The position numbers and the translations under genes were made by a program. The notes under the pieces are model-generated. The model was not told where the DNA came from and did no database searches. It worked only from the letters and a program-made list of their open reading frames with translations. Below, piece by piece: positions 17,996-28,176 of a DNA stretch of 64,000 nt. This stretch comes from a virus. The first letter of the stretch is position 1. Each line of letters starts with the position of its first letter. Location: the IMG/VR virus record IMGVR_UViG_3300042868_003730, positions 64,001 through 128,000 of that record; one strand, written 5' to 3'.

Positions 17996-20900
17996 ATGTC
18001 ATCAATAATCACACACCAATTAAGAAGAGCCATCGCTGAGGCTATCTATGATGATATCTTCTCAAGAAGAAACAATTATTACTATGTTTTTGGGCGATAC
18101 CTAGACTCGGAAACAGTTCCTACTGATCCCCAGAACACTCTAGAATATGAGACGACAATGCGAAATCACATTGTCGCAGCCAAGAAAGTATATGTCTCAG
18201 ATGTAGCATTTATTGTTCCAAGGTTCAATTGGGTTAGTAACTCGTCATACCCGAAATATACCACATTGATGAATGGAAATGTAACAAAAGATAATGTAGT
18301 TAATGTTACTGACCTCTCCATAGGAGCAACAGCAACTATTCTTACTGTTGGCACCACAAACTTCGTTGCTATCGGAGCAATCAATAACAATATCGGTACA
18401 ACATTCACTGCTACTGGATCAGGGACAGGTACTGGTACAGTTACTTCTTCTGGTCCTGCATTTTATGTATATGATGATATAAACTATAGAGTCTACAAGT
18501 GCATCAATAACAATAATGGTGTCGGTGCTTCTACTATCCGTCCAACCAGTACAGAAGCATTTGATGTTACGTATTCTGATGGATATACTTGGCGCTATAT
18601 GTATAGCATTCCGAAATCTCTCAGGAATAAATTTGTAACAGCAACACACATCCCTGTGTTCACTGCTCTTCAGAAACGATATTATTCTGATGGTGGTATT
18701 GGTGATATTACAATCGTTAAGGCAGGGGCTAACTACACACAGGCAACTTCAGTAATTACTGTTTCTGGAGATGGTTCCGGAGCAGTATTAACTCCTGTTA
18801 TTGTAAATGGCCAGCTTGGTGATATTATCGTAAACAATCCAGGTCGAGATTATACCAGAGCAGTTATTTCTATTTCTGACAGTGGATCTGGATCAGGTGC
18901 CGAGGCAGTTGCTGAATTAAACACAGGTGATCTGGATAGTGATCAGGCACTTGTTGAACTATTAACTGTCGGTGGAACAGTTGACAGCGCCGAAGTAATA
19001 AATGGTGGTTCTGGTTATGTTACTGCCGCTGTCCAAGTCATCGGTGATGGTACTGGAGCTATTGCACAGGCAGATATATTTGGTGGAGTAATCACAAAAA
19101 TCCGCATCACTAGCAAAGGAAAAGGTTATTCCTACGCTTCATTAGTAATTACACCACAGAATATTCCTGCTATTACAACAGCAGCAACAGCTCGAGTTAA
19201 TGTATCGTCATTCCTTGGTCACGGCAGAAATGCAGTTTATGAGTTATTTGCTGACCAACTGATGTTCTATTCGAATATCACTTCAGATAGACTTGCTGAT
19301 TTTGATGTTGTTACTCCATATAAGCAATTCGGTATTATGAAGAATATTCGTAATCTTGAATATACATCAAATATCTATGACCAAGTATCTCCGAACAGGT
19401 ATCAGGTTGAGGCTGACTTTGGACCACAGGTATTATTCGTCGGTGGCGGTGGTACTGGTGCAAAAGGACGAGTCAACGTAACTGGTAATTTTGTTTCAGA
19501 TGTGAAGATCGAAAGTGCCGGAGCAGGATATTCTTCTACACCAACAGTAACTTTTAGTGGTACTGGTTCTGGTGCTACTGCAGTAGCTACTATTGATGCA
19601 AAACTAAACACCGCGACATTGAGTTATGGTGGTGTTGGATACGCATCTCCTCCAGGAGTCGCTTTATCTGCAGCCCAGGGTTTCGGTGGTGTAATTACTG
19701 CGACCACTACTCTTGGTGTTGGTGCTGTTGTTATTACTAACCAAGGCAGTGCTTATGCTACTGCGCCTACTGTTGGGTTCACTGGTGGAACTGGAGTAGC
19801 AGCAACTGCCACTGCAGTTATTGCTGATGGTAAAGTAGTTAAGATTATTATTACGAATCCAGGACAGTATTCTGTAGTTCCTACTGGAGTCACTTTCTCT
19901 GGCGGCGGTGCAGCAGCTGGAACAGTTGTTCAGACGTTTACTACTAATTCACTGACAGTTAGTAAGGTCGGTTCAGGATATCAACAAAATCCAACATTGA
20001 CATTTAATGGTTCATGTGGTATATCTGATATTATTGTAAACGATCCAGGATACTTATTCACTGCTGGTTCTAATCCTGCATTGACATTTACTGGCGGTGG
20101 TGGAAATGGATTAGCAGCAACTGCTTACGTTAATGACTGCATTAGAAGCGTAACAATTACAAATTCTGGAACTGGTTATTATCAGGCTGGAGCATTGATT
20201 CCGACCACGACGTTTACGACGATATCTGGAGTTAAACTAACAACCGCTACTGTTAGTAGCGCAACAGTAAGACAAAAATCGTCCAGTGGTTCTGGAACTG
20301 GTGCTACTTTCACCATTACGACGACTGGTTCTGGAGCTACGTATACTGGTGTCACGACCATTACTCTTGCGATTAATGGTTCTGGATATGCTCTTACTGA
20401 TACAGTAACTATTAGTGGCGCTGCTCTTGGTGGTCTAGATAGCGTCAATGATTTGACATTCACAATTGCTACTGCAGTTGGTGCTTTGCCAGTAGTTACA
20501 TTCGGAGGAGCTGGTGGTGCGACAGCAACAGGAACTGCAGTTGTTTCTGGTGGCGGAGTAGTAGGAATCACTATTACCAATAGAGGGACTGGATATACAT
20601 CAGGTTCAGTTACAATTGCTGCACCAAGCAGTGGAACTACTGCGACAGCCAATGTCTCTGTTGGTAGTGGTATTAGTCATATCAATATTACCAATCCAGG
20701 AACTGGATACACAGCATTACCTACAATAACAGTAGCCAATAATGGAACTAGAGATGGTTTCCAATTAACTCCTGTGCTCGGAAAAGGAATTGGTTCCACT
20801 ACAGTAACTGGCATCTTAAAAACAATTACACTGACAGGCAATGGTAGTGGGTATACTTCTGCCCCGACTGTTGTGTTGAGTGGTGGTTCACCAAGTACGG

Positions 20901-21670
20901 CAGCAGTTGCTTATTCGAAAGTAGTTGGAGCAGTTACATCTATTACAGTGGATGATGGCGGCGCTGGATATAGTAGTAGCCCATCAGTTATTATTTACGG
21001 TGGTGAAGGGATTGGGGCATCATATGTGGCCAATATCAATACCAGCACTGGTACAGTTACTACTTGCACCAAAGTAAGGGGTGGGAGTAATTATGTAATT
21101 ACCAAATTTGCTGATTTTACTATCGGCACATTATTGGTTGATGAACTGTTGAATGAGTATAATGTATACTCTGCCAAAACTAATATTGATAATAGTTCAC
21201 TTATCATAACATCAAATAATGGTTACCCAGTAGTCGGTAGAATGAAGATTCGTAAGAAGAATGCCTCTGACTATTTTATCACCAATACAGCACTGAGTCA
21301 GAAGTTCTTGGAATCGCGTTTTCCTGTTGCTTGTTATAAAGTTCGTGGTAATTTTACTTTAGGTAATTATCCGGCGAATACTACTGTGACATTAAGTGAC
21401 CAGGTAAATGGTACTAAGACATTCATTGTTATCTCATCAAAATACTATGATGTTGGTGTTAACGAAATGTTGTTATTGCCTATCGATGGAGGCACCCTAA
21501 ATAATGGTATGACGCTAACAAATGGGTCAAATCCTTTCTCGGTACTATCTTACGATGAGCCTGCACTGGATAGAAGAACTGGTGATGTATTAATGATAGC
21601 AAACAACTCATCTTCTTTTACTCAGAATGCCGACCAAACTCTTTCATTCAGAACTATCATAAATTTCTAA
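17996..21670 (+). CDS. gp8: baseplate wedge protein gp8-like, expanded by many Gly-rich repeats
   Basis: YYYVFGR, AAKKV..SDV...VPR.NW, FYV.....RVYKCINNN, DGYTWRYMYSI, GHG.NAV.EL; about 20 GxGY/GxGA.A.A repeats. Confidence 0.75.
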   Translation: MSSIITHQLRRAIAEAIYDDIFSRRNNYYYVFGRYLDSETVPTDPQNTLEYETTMRNHIVAAKKVYVSDVAFIVPRFNWVSNSSYPKYTTLMNGNVTKDNVVNVTDLSIGATATILTVGTTNFVAIGAINNNIGTTFTATGSGTGTGTVTSSGPAFYVYDDINYRVYKCINNNNGVGASTIRPTSTEAFDVTYSDGYTWRYMYSIPKSLRNKFVTATHIPVFTALQKRYYSDGGIGDITIVKAGANYTQATSVITVSGDGSGAVLTPVIVNGQLGDIIVNNPGRDYTRAVISISDSGSGSGAEAVAELNTGDLDSDQALVELLTVGGTVDSAEVINGGSGYVTAAVQVIGDGTGAIAQADIFGGVITKIRITSKGKGYSYASLVITPQNIPAITTAATARVNVSSFLGHGRNAVYELFADQLMFYSNITSDRLADFDVVTPYKQFGIMKNIRNLEYTSNIYDQVSPNRYQVEADFGPQVLFVGGGGTGAKGRVNVTGNFVSDVKIESAGAGYSSTPTVTFSGTGSGATAVATIDAKLNTATLSYGGVGYASPPGVALSAAQGFGGVITATTTLGVGAVVITNQGSAYATAPTVGFTGGTGVAATATAVIADGKVVKIIITNPGQYSVVPTGVTFSGGGAAAGTVVQTFTTNSLTVSKVGSGYQQNPTLTFNGSCGISDIIVNDPGYLFTAGSNPALTFTGGGGNGLAATAYVNDCIRSVTITNSGTGYYQAGALIPTTTFTTISGVKLTTATVSSATVRQKSSSGSGTGATFTITTTGSGATYTGVTTITLAINGSGYALTDTVTISGAALGGLDSVNDLTFTIATAVGALPVVTFGGAGGATATGTAVVSGGGVVGITITNRGTGYTSGSVTIAAPSSGTTATANVSVGSGISHINITNPGTGYTALPTITVANNGTRDGFQLTPVLGKGIGSTTVTGILKTITLTGNGSGYTSAPTVVLSGGSPSTAAVAYSKVVGAVTSITVDDGGAGYSSSPSVIIYGGEGIGASYVANINTSTGTVTTCTKVRGGSNYVITKFADFTIGTLLVDELLNEYNVYSAKTNIDNSSLIITSNNGYPVVGRMKIRKKNASDYFITNTALSQKFLESRFPVACYKVRGNFTLGNYPANTTVTLSDQVNGTKTFIVISSKYYDVGVNEMLLLPIDGGTLNNGMTLTNGSNPFSVLSYDEPALDRRTGDVLMIANNSSSFTQNADQTLSFRTIINF

Positions 21671-21671
21671 T

Positions 21672-24600
21672 ATGACAACATACAACCGCGACCCATACTT
21701 CGACGATTTTGACAAAACAAAGAATTTCGTCAAGATCCTGTTCAAACCTGGTGTCTCTGTTCAAGCGAGAGAGTTGACTCAGCTGCAGACAGCGATTCAG
21801 GAACAAATTAAATCGATCGGTGGTTTCCTCTTTAAGAATGAATCACTGGTCACTGGTGGTAATAGCAGAACATTCTCTGCTATTTGGATCGATGTTGCAT
21901 CAACTGATCTTTCTGACTATGTGACCAAGACATTCGTCGGCGCAAGTAGTCGCGCAAAGGCACAAGTTATTTCGTATAAGAATAACGTATCTTCTGGTGT
22001 TTCTAGGCTGTATTTTGTCTATAAGAATGGATACAGATTCCAGAAATCTGAGTCGTTGAGTGAGGATGTTCTTTCACCATCAGTTGCCCCAGTAGTAACA
22101 ACGAATAGCGACACCAATACTGGTAGCGCTATGGCGTACACGATCTCTGAGTCTGTGTTTTTCGTCAAAGACTATTTCGTTGTTTGCTCTGAGCAAACTA
22201 TTATTATTTCTGAGAACGCAACTCCGAGCGTAAAGATCGGTCTTACTGTTACTGAAGATATTGTTACGTATCAGGATGATGCAACACTGTTGGACCCAGC
22301 AACTGGTTCATACAACTACGCAGCACCAGGTGCTGATCGTGTCGCTATTAGCCTTGATCTAGTTACACATGCTCTGGATCCACTGGCAGATACAGATGCT
22401 GAGTTTATGATCGAGAACACTGAAGATAACTTCATTGAACTTGCTCGATATAAAGATGGTGTACTAATTAAGAGTTTGACTAGCCCAACTCTCGGTGCTC
22501 TTGAGGGAGTTCTCGCAAGAAGAACGTATGATGAATCAGGTGATTACACTGTTCGTGCGTTTAAGACTAAAGTTACAGACAATGTCAAGAAAGATTCTTC
22601 TAAATTAAGTCTGGCCATTGAACCAGGTAAAGCCTATGTTAAAGGCTATGAGTTCGAGACTACCTCAACTCTTTTCCTTGACTTAGAAAAAGCAAGAGAC
22701 ACGAATTTCATCAATAACTTCTATGGTGAAGCAGCATTCGGTGATTACTTTATTATTGAACACCCAACTGGTGCGCTTATTGATTATACTGCCAATCCAG
22801 AAATCAATTTAGTTAATTCATCGGTGGCAGTTATTGGTACTGCCAGAGTTAGGTATGTTTCTAGACATTCTGCGAATAGATTAAAGTTATACGTTTACAA
22901 TGTAAAATTCACTACGAGTTCTATTTCTGCAGTAACCACAGTTAAAAATGGATCATGGACTGCTAATGTTGATGGGGCAGCGAACGCAAATAAATTATAT
23001 CGCGGAAAAAACTTACAATATATTGTTCCTTTCACGCGCAGTCCAATTAAATCAGTGACTGATATTAGTTATACTTCACAGGTTGCAGTCAGCAACATAG
23101 CAACGGCTACTACATTAAGTTCACCAACATCATTAAGTGCAGGTAAAACTTATTCATCTAGTAACCCAGATGATTATATTGTTGTCAAGAGTGATGGTTC
23201 CGTTGCAACTGGGTTCACAGTTACAACCAGCGGAGGTCAGACGTTCATTTTGACTGGTACATTTACCAATGCGGCGACATACTCAGTTTATGCTAAGATT
23301 GCAGTTTCTACGCCAACAGTTAAGTCTAAAGTAAAGACAGCTGCTACTGTAACTGCCACAAATAGCAACGGCAACATCTCTCTTGGTGTGGCTGATGTTT
23401 ATAGAATTGTTTCCATCTACGCAAGCAGCACGGATGGAAGTTTGACATTAGATATTACTGGTAGATATAAACTGAATCGTGGTCAGAAAGATACTCATTA
23501 TGATTACAGCACACTTGTTCTGACAACTGGTCAACAAGCAGCCAATTTAACTACGTATCCGCGACTTGTCATAACTCTTGAGTATTTCGTTTCTGCGCAG
23601 ACCAATGGTTATTTCACAATTGACTCATACAATACTACTACAACAGATACAAGTCTGTTAGTTCCGTATGAGAAGATTCCATCATTCACAGGTTCAAATG
23701 GTGCGGTAGTTTCATTACGTGATGTTATTGACTTCAGATCTGTGCGTGCTAATGTTTCTGGATTCCCAGGATCATTAGGGACTCCTATTCCTTCCAGCGA
23801 TAACACAAGTATTGTTGGTAATGAATTCATCACTCCATCGAGTAACATCACTTCTGACTTTGAGTACTACCTTCCTAGAGTTGATAAACTAATTATCACC
23901 AAGGAAAAGAAGTTCGACCTTATTCAAGGCAATTCTTCAGAAATCCCGCAAATTCCATCTGATATTTCAGATGCGATGACGATCTATACAGTAGAGATTC
24001 CTGCCTATACGTTTAGTGCTGCTGAAGTTAAATTGAACTATATTGAGAATCGCCGTTATACAATGCGCGATATCGGTAAGATTGATAAACGAGTAGATCG
24101 TCTTGAGTATTACACATCGATGAGTTTGCTTGAGAAACAAGCATCAGATGAAGTAATTGTTAATGCAACTGGTATTGACAAGTTCAAGAATGGTATTCTG
24201 GTTGATCCATTTGCTGGTCACGGAGTTGGTGACGTTGGCTCTGCTGATTACTCCTGCTCTATTGACGTAGCGAATAGAACTCTTCGTCCGAGATTCGCAT
24301 CTGATTCATTCACGTTTGACGTAAACTTATCAGAGACTAGCGGAGCAAATTATTCGAGGAAAGATGATCTAATCACTCTTCCATATTCAACGGAATTTTA
24401 TGTTTCAAATAACCAGGCTACTAACTGGCAAAACCTAAACCCATATGCAGTGTTCTCATGGGATGGTGAGATTAAGTTAATGCCTGCAACTGATACTTGG
24501 ACCGATACAACTACCCGTCCAGATGTTGTTATTAACATAAATGGAGACAAAGACGCATTCACCATTATGGCTGATGACGTCGCCAACCCTGCATCAGTTG

Positions 24601-27600
24601 GAGTAGAATGGAATAATTGGCAAACTACCGTAAAGGGAGTTTCCCAAACTCCAACGTCAACTAGTAGTACTGCAACTAGCACATCTCTAAAGGGATCACA
24701 GGCTATTCAGTCAACATCAACTACCGCTACTACTTCATTGACAACTACTGTCAATGAGACATCTACGCGTACTGGTATTGAAGTAGAAAGATCTGCGATC
24801 TCAACTGTTACTAGAGATCTTGGAAATAAAGTCGTAGATACTTCTATCGTTCCGTTTATTAGATCTAGAGTTATTGACTTTTCCGCGTCTAGACTAAAAC
24901 CATCAACTCAACTATTTGCCTCATTCGATAGCGTTGATGTTACTACTTATTGCACACAGGCTCCAGTAATTTATCTGACTACGGTTGCTAATGCAAAACG
25001 TGTTCGCAAAATTGGAGCATCTAATGCTGCTAATGTGATTCTGTTAAAGACAGACAGAGCATACATTAAGATGGATGATGGGCAAACATTATTCGCAGTT
25101 GGCGATGTTGTTGAATGGTTAGTAAACAATGCCTGGGTCACTGGTACGACTATTACTGATGTAGCTGCTCCAGTCGATGATTCATTGATTACTGATGAGA
25201 ATGGTGATCTGGCTGGATATTTCCTAATTCCTAATAATTCAGAAACTAAATTCCGAACTGGTGAGCGACCATTTAGATTAGCAGACACTCTCGGTAAACA
25301 ACCACTCACTGCAGCAGAAACAAAGTATGTTGCACAGGGATTGTCAATGTCTGTGCAAAGAGACATTGTAGCAACTAGAGTTGTTACTGTTGCTGTTAAT
25401 CCCGTTCAACAATCAAATACTTCAACTTCTTCATCAACATCAACATCTACTGAAGTCGCAACAGTTACTAAAGATGTAACTGTCCTCTGCGGAGAAACTG
25501 CGAATGGAGCAGGAAGAACTGGTAAATTTACTTATGATCTAGAGTTCGGAACTGACATTGGAGCATGTGGTATTAACTATGCCACTGGACCAATTCCAGA
25601 CTGCTATACTATTATCTGGAATGGAAAAACAATAACTAGTGGTTTCCGTAGTCAGGGAAACAAAACGGAATATAATAGAACTCTTAATTCATTAGGATAT
25701 CCTTCAGTAAATAGCGTTATTGATGCAAATAATCCTGCGTATGGACAATTACGATTCCAGAAAACATCTATCTACCCAACCAAGGCAAAACTAATTGTTG
25801 ATGCTCCTCTTTCTGGCACTGGTTGGACCTGGAAATCAATTTGTCCAGGTAAGACTAATAACCTAGTAGCAGAAACTACTGCTCGTCTAGATGCATTCAT
25901 TGATGTTCCTTCTACGACAATAACGTCATTTAGGTCAGTTGGTGGCTCTCCTGCAGTTCCTGCTGCTTCTTTCGGTCTATTTAACATTCCAGCAAGACCA
26001 GCAGTAGATCCAACTATCTCTACTACAGATACTGGAGTTCGATATAACTTCGCATTGAAGATCAACGGAAATCAGGGCGTTGCTGTTGGTACTCCAGTAA
26101 TAATCACATCACTGTCTAGGTCAGAAACTACTAATGGTCGTTTCACTTCGTTCGCAACTGGAACTCGATTCTTGGTAAATGGCGCACCAATGACATTCCC
26201 TTACACGGTCAATGTCGGTGTTCCTCTTACAATTACAGCGATTTATGACTTCACAAATGACTCAAAAACAAAGGGTCTTAATTTATCCGGAAGTCTGAAC
26301 AATCCTATTTCTAGGATCACAGTTAATGCTGAATTAGTAACAGCAATTGCTGGTTCTGTTTGCGCTACTACTGCAGCAGATTCAGTTACTCATACATCTT
26401 CTTATGAGCGTTGGGACCGTAGTACTTGCAAAAATGACCCACTAGCTCAGACATTCTATGTGTCTTCAGAAGAAAATCCAGATGGTATTTTCGTTGACAG
26501 TGTTGATTTGTTCTTCAAGTCAAAGGATGCATCAGGAACAGTACCAGCAGTAGTGCAGATTCGCCCAACAGTTAATGGCTATCCATCTTCAGATACTGTT
26601 CTGCCTTTCGCAAGTGGTTCTGTTATGTCAAAGGACATTGTTGTCTCAGCTGAGAATAGTTCGAGCAAAGCAGCAACCAGGTTTAATTTCCAGGCTCCGG
26701 TCTTCTTAGCACCAGATACTCAATATGCTTTGGTTGTTCTTGCCAACACTGACAAATTTGAAGTTTATACTTCAAGAATCGGTGAGTTCTTGTTGTCTAA
26801 TCCTTCTGTTCGATGCACGAAACAACCTCTGGCTGGATCATTGTTCTTGTCACAAGATGGAATGACTTGGTCAGCTGTGCAGACTGATGATCTGGTATTC
26901 AGAATGAGTAAGTGCGTGTTTGATACAAATGTCGAGAGACCAGTTGTTCTTAATGTAAGTATTCCTGCAGAAAAGAAAACCAGTCAAGATTTTAACTATG
27001 ATGTTCTGTTTCTTGACGGAGAAGTTCTTGATTTTGCTAATACGAATGTTAACTATTTTTATAAAACAGCAGAGCTATCTGGTAGTTCTGTAGTTTATAC
27101 AAAAGACTCTTCTTGGAATTCATATCAATTAGGAAGTAACGTAATTCTCCCAGCAAGAAAGACTCTTGATATTCAAGATCCAACTACTCTGCGCATTAAG
27201 TGCGATATGCGGACTAATAATAAAGATATTAGCCCTGTTATTGACTTGGATAGATTGTCTACAGTTCTTGTTCAGAATATCATCAATAATAATTCTAACA
27301 GTGAGACAGCAACAACTACAGCTACCATCTCTTCAGTTGCTGCGACTACTAATACAGTAACTATCACGGCTTCTGCTGCTCATGGATTATCTGTTGGCGA
27401 TACTGTTTACGTGTACGCCAATACTTCTACTGTAGTTAATGGATTCGTGACTGTTGCTTCTATTGGTACGACAACAGTAACGAATGACAATTTCACTTAT
27501 GTGAGATTTGATGGAGGAACAACGATTTCTAGCACAAACCAGGCAGGAACTGTAACTAGAAACCCACAGGCACTCTCAAGATATATTACGCGTAAAGTTA

Positions 27601-27944
27601 CTCTGAATTCAGATTTTTATTCAACTGATATTAAGGCATATTTCCTCGCTGATATTCCTGCTGAGTGTTCAGTTATTCCGTATTATAGAGTAGCTAGTTT
27701 GACTGACAATATTCTAGAAGATAATGACTGGATCCCGATGACTCTTGATACAGTTGGTTCTGCCAATTCTTCTGGCTTCGCTGAATATAAATACAAAGCA
27801 CCGTATGTTGTATCTTCGAATACAGTAGCTCTTTCTACTGGTGAGACATTTGGAACCTTCAGTGTTAAATTAGTTATGTTGTCAAGTAATACTGTTAAAG
27901 TTCCGAAAATCAAAGACCTACGAGTATTGGCTCTAGATGACTAA
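21672..27944 (+). CDS. large baseplate/tail structural protein (VrlC / DUF4815-like)
   Basis: YNRDPYFDDFD..KNF.KILFKPG..VQARELTQLQ, NYAAPGADR, LARRTYDESGDY, NRRYTMRDIG, FKNGILVDPF, DPLAQTF. Confidence 0.85.
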   Translation: MTTYNRDPYFDDFDKTKNFVKILFKPGVSVQARELTQLQTAIQEQIKSIGGFLFKNESLVTGGNSRTFSAIWIDVASTDLSDYVTKTFVGASSRAKAQVISYKNNVSSGVSRLYFVYKNGYRFQKSESLSEDVLSPSVAPVVTTNSDTNTGSAMAYTISESVFFVKDYFVVCSEQTIIISENATPSVKIGLTVTEDIVTYQDDATLLDPATGSYNYAAPGADRVAISLDLVTHALDPLADTDAEFMIENTEDNFIELARYKDGVLIKSLTSPTLGALEGVLARRTYDESGDYTVRAFKTKVTDNVKKDSSKLSLAIEPGKAYVKGYEFETTSTLFLDLEKARDTNFINNFYGEAAFGDYFIIEHPTGALIDYTANPEINLVNSSVAVIGTARVRYVSRHSANRLKLYVYNVKFTTSSISAVTTVKNGSWTANVDGAANANKLYRGKNLQYIVPFTRSPIKSVTDISYTSQVAVSNIATATTLSSPTSLSAGKTYSSSNPDDYIVVKSDGSVATGFTVTTSGGQTFILTGTFTNAATYSVYAKIAVSTPTVKSKVKTAATVTATNSNGNISLGVADVYRIVSIYASSTDGSLTLDITGRYKLNRGQKDTHYDYSTLVLTTGQQAANLTTYPRLVITLEYFVSAQTNGYFTIDSYNTTTTDTSLLVPYEKIPSFTGSNGAVVSLRDVIDFRSVRANVSGFPGSLGTPIPSSDNTSIVGNEFITPSSNITSDFEYYLPRVDKLIITKEKKFDLIQGNSSEIPQIPSDISDAMTIYTVEIPAYTFSAAEVKLNYIENRRYTMRDIGKIDKRVDRLEYYTSMSLLEKQASDEVIVNATGIDKFKNGILVDPFAGHGVGDVGSADYSCSIDVANRTLRPRFASDSFTFDVNLSETSGANYSRKDDLITLPYSTEFYVSNNQATNWQNLNPYAVFSWDGEIKLMPATDTWTDTTTRPDVVININGDKDAFTIMADDVANPASVGVEWNNWQTTVKGVSQTPTSTSSTATSTSLKGSQAIQSTSTTATTSLTTTVNETSTRTGIEVERSAISTVTRDLGNKVVDTSIVPFIRSRVIDFSASRLKPSTQLFASFDSVDVTTYCTQAPVIYLTTVANAKRVRKIGASNAANVILLKTDRAYIKMDDGQTLFAVGDVVEWLVNNAWVTGTTITDVAAPVDDSLITDENGDLAGYFLIPNNSETKFRTGERPFRLADTLGKQPLTAAETKYVAQGLSMSVQRDIVATRVVTVAVNPVQQSNTSTSSSTSTSTEVATVTKDVTVLCGETANGAGRTGKFTYDLEFGTDIGACGINYATGPIPDCYTIIWNGKTITSGFRSQGNKTEYNRTLNSLGYPSVNSVIDANNPAYGQLRFQKTSIYPTKAKLIVDAPLSGTGWTWKSICPGKTNNLVAETTARLDAFIDVPSTTITSFRSVGGSPAVPAASFGLFNIPARPAVDPTISTTDTGVRYNFALKINGNQGVAVGTPVIITSLSRSETTNGRFTSFATGTRFLVNGAPMTFPYTVNVGVPLTITAIYDFTNDSKTKGLNLSGSLNNPISRITVNAELVTAIAGSVCATTAADSVTHTSSYERWDRSTCKNDPLAQTFYVSSEENPDGIFVDSVDLFFKSKDASGTVPAVVQIRPTVNGYPSSDTVLPFASGSVMSKDIVVSAENSSSKAATRFNFQAPVFLAPDTQYALVVLANTDKFEVYTSRIGEFLLSNPSVRCTKQPLAGSLFLSQDGMTWSAVQTDDLVFRMSKCVFDTNVERPVVLNVSIPAEKKTSQDFNYDVLFLDGEVLDFANTNVNYFYKTAELSGSSVVYTKDSSWNSYQLGSNVILPARKTLDIQDPTTLRIKCDMRTNNKDISPVIDLDRLSTVLVQNIINNNSNSETATTTATISSVAATTNTVTITASAAHGLSVGDTVYVYANTSTVVNGFVTVASIGTTTVTNDNFTYVRFDGGTTISSTNQAGTVTRNPQALSRYITRKVTLNSDFYSTDIKAYFLADIPAECSVIPYYRVASLTDNILEDNDWIPMTLDTVGSANSSGFAEYKYKAPYVVSSNTVALSTGETFGTFSVKLVMLSSNTVKVPKIKDLRVLALDD

Positions 27945-28176
27945 TAATTATTTGAAAGTAATCGATGCTCCGGGTCTTTTACGAGACCCGTACTCGAAGG
28001 CTCTTGTAAACACAGACCTCTCTGCTCTTAATGAACATAAAAAGAAAAAGAGAGCGATGAATGCTATTCTAAATAATAGCAGAGAATTAGAAGCAAGAGT
28101 GGACGAATTATCTTCTAAGATGGATAACATCGAAATAATGTTAACAAAATTGTTAGAGAAACAATCAAATGGCTAA
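27937..28176 (+). CDS. small conserved coiled-coil protein
   Basis: LKV...PGLLRD..SKA.VNTD followed by a coiled coil; this gene typically follows the VrlC-like gene in T4-like phages. Confidence 0.65.
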   Translation: MTNNYLKVIDAPGLLRDPYSKALVNTDLSALNEHKKKKRAMNAILNNSRELEARVDELSSKMDNIEIMLTKLLEKQSNG

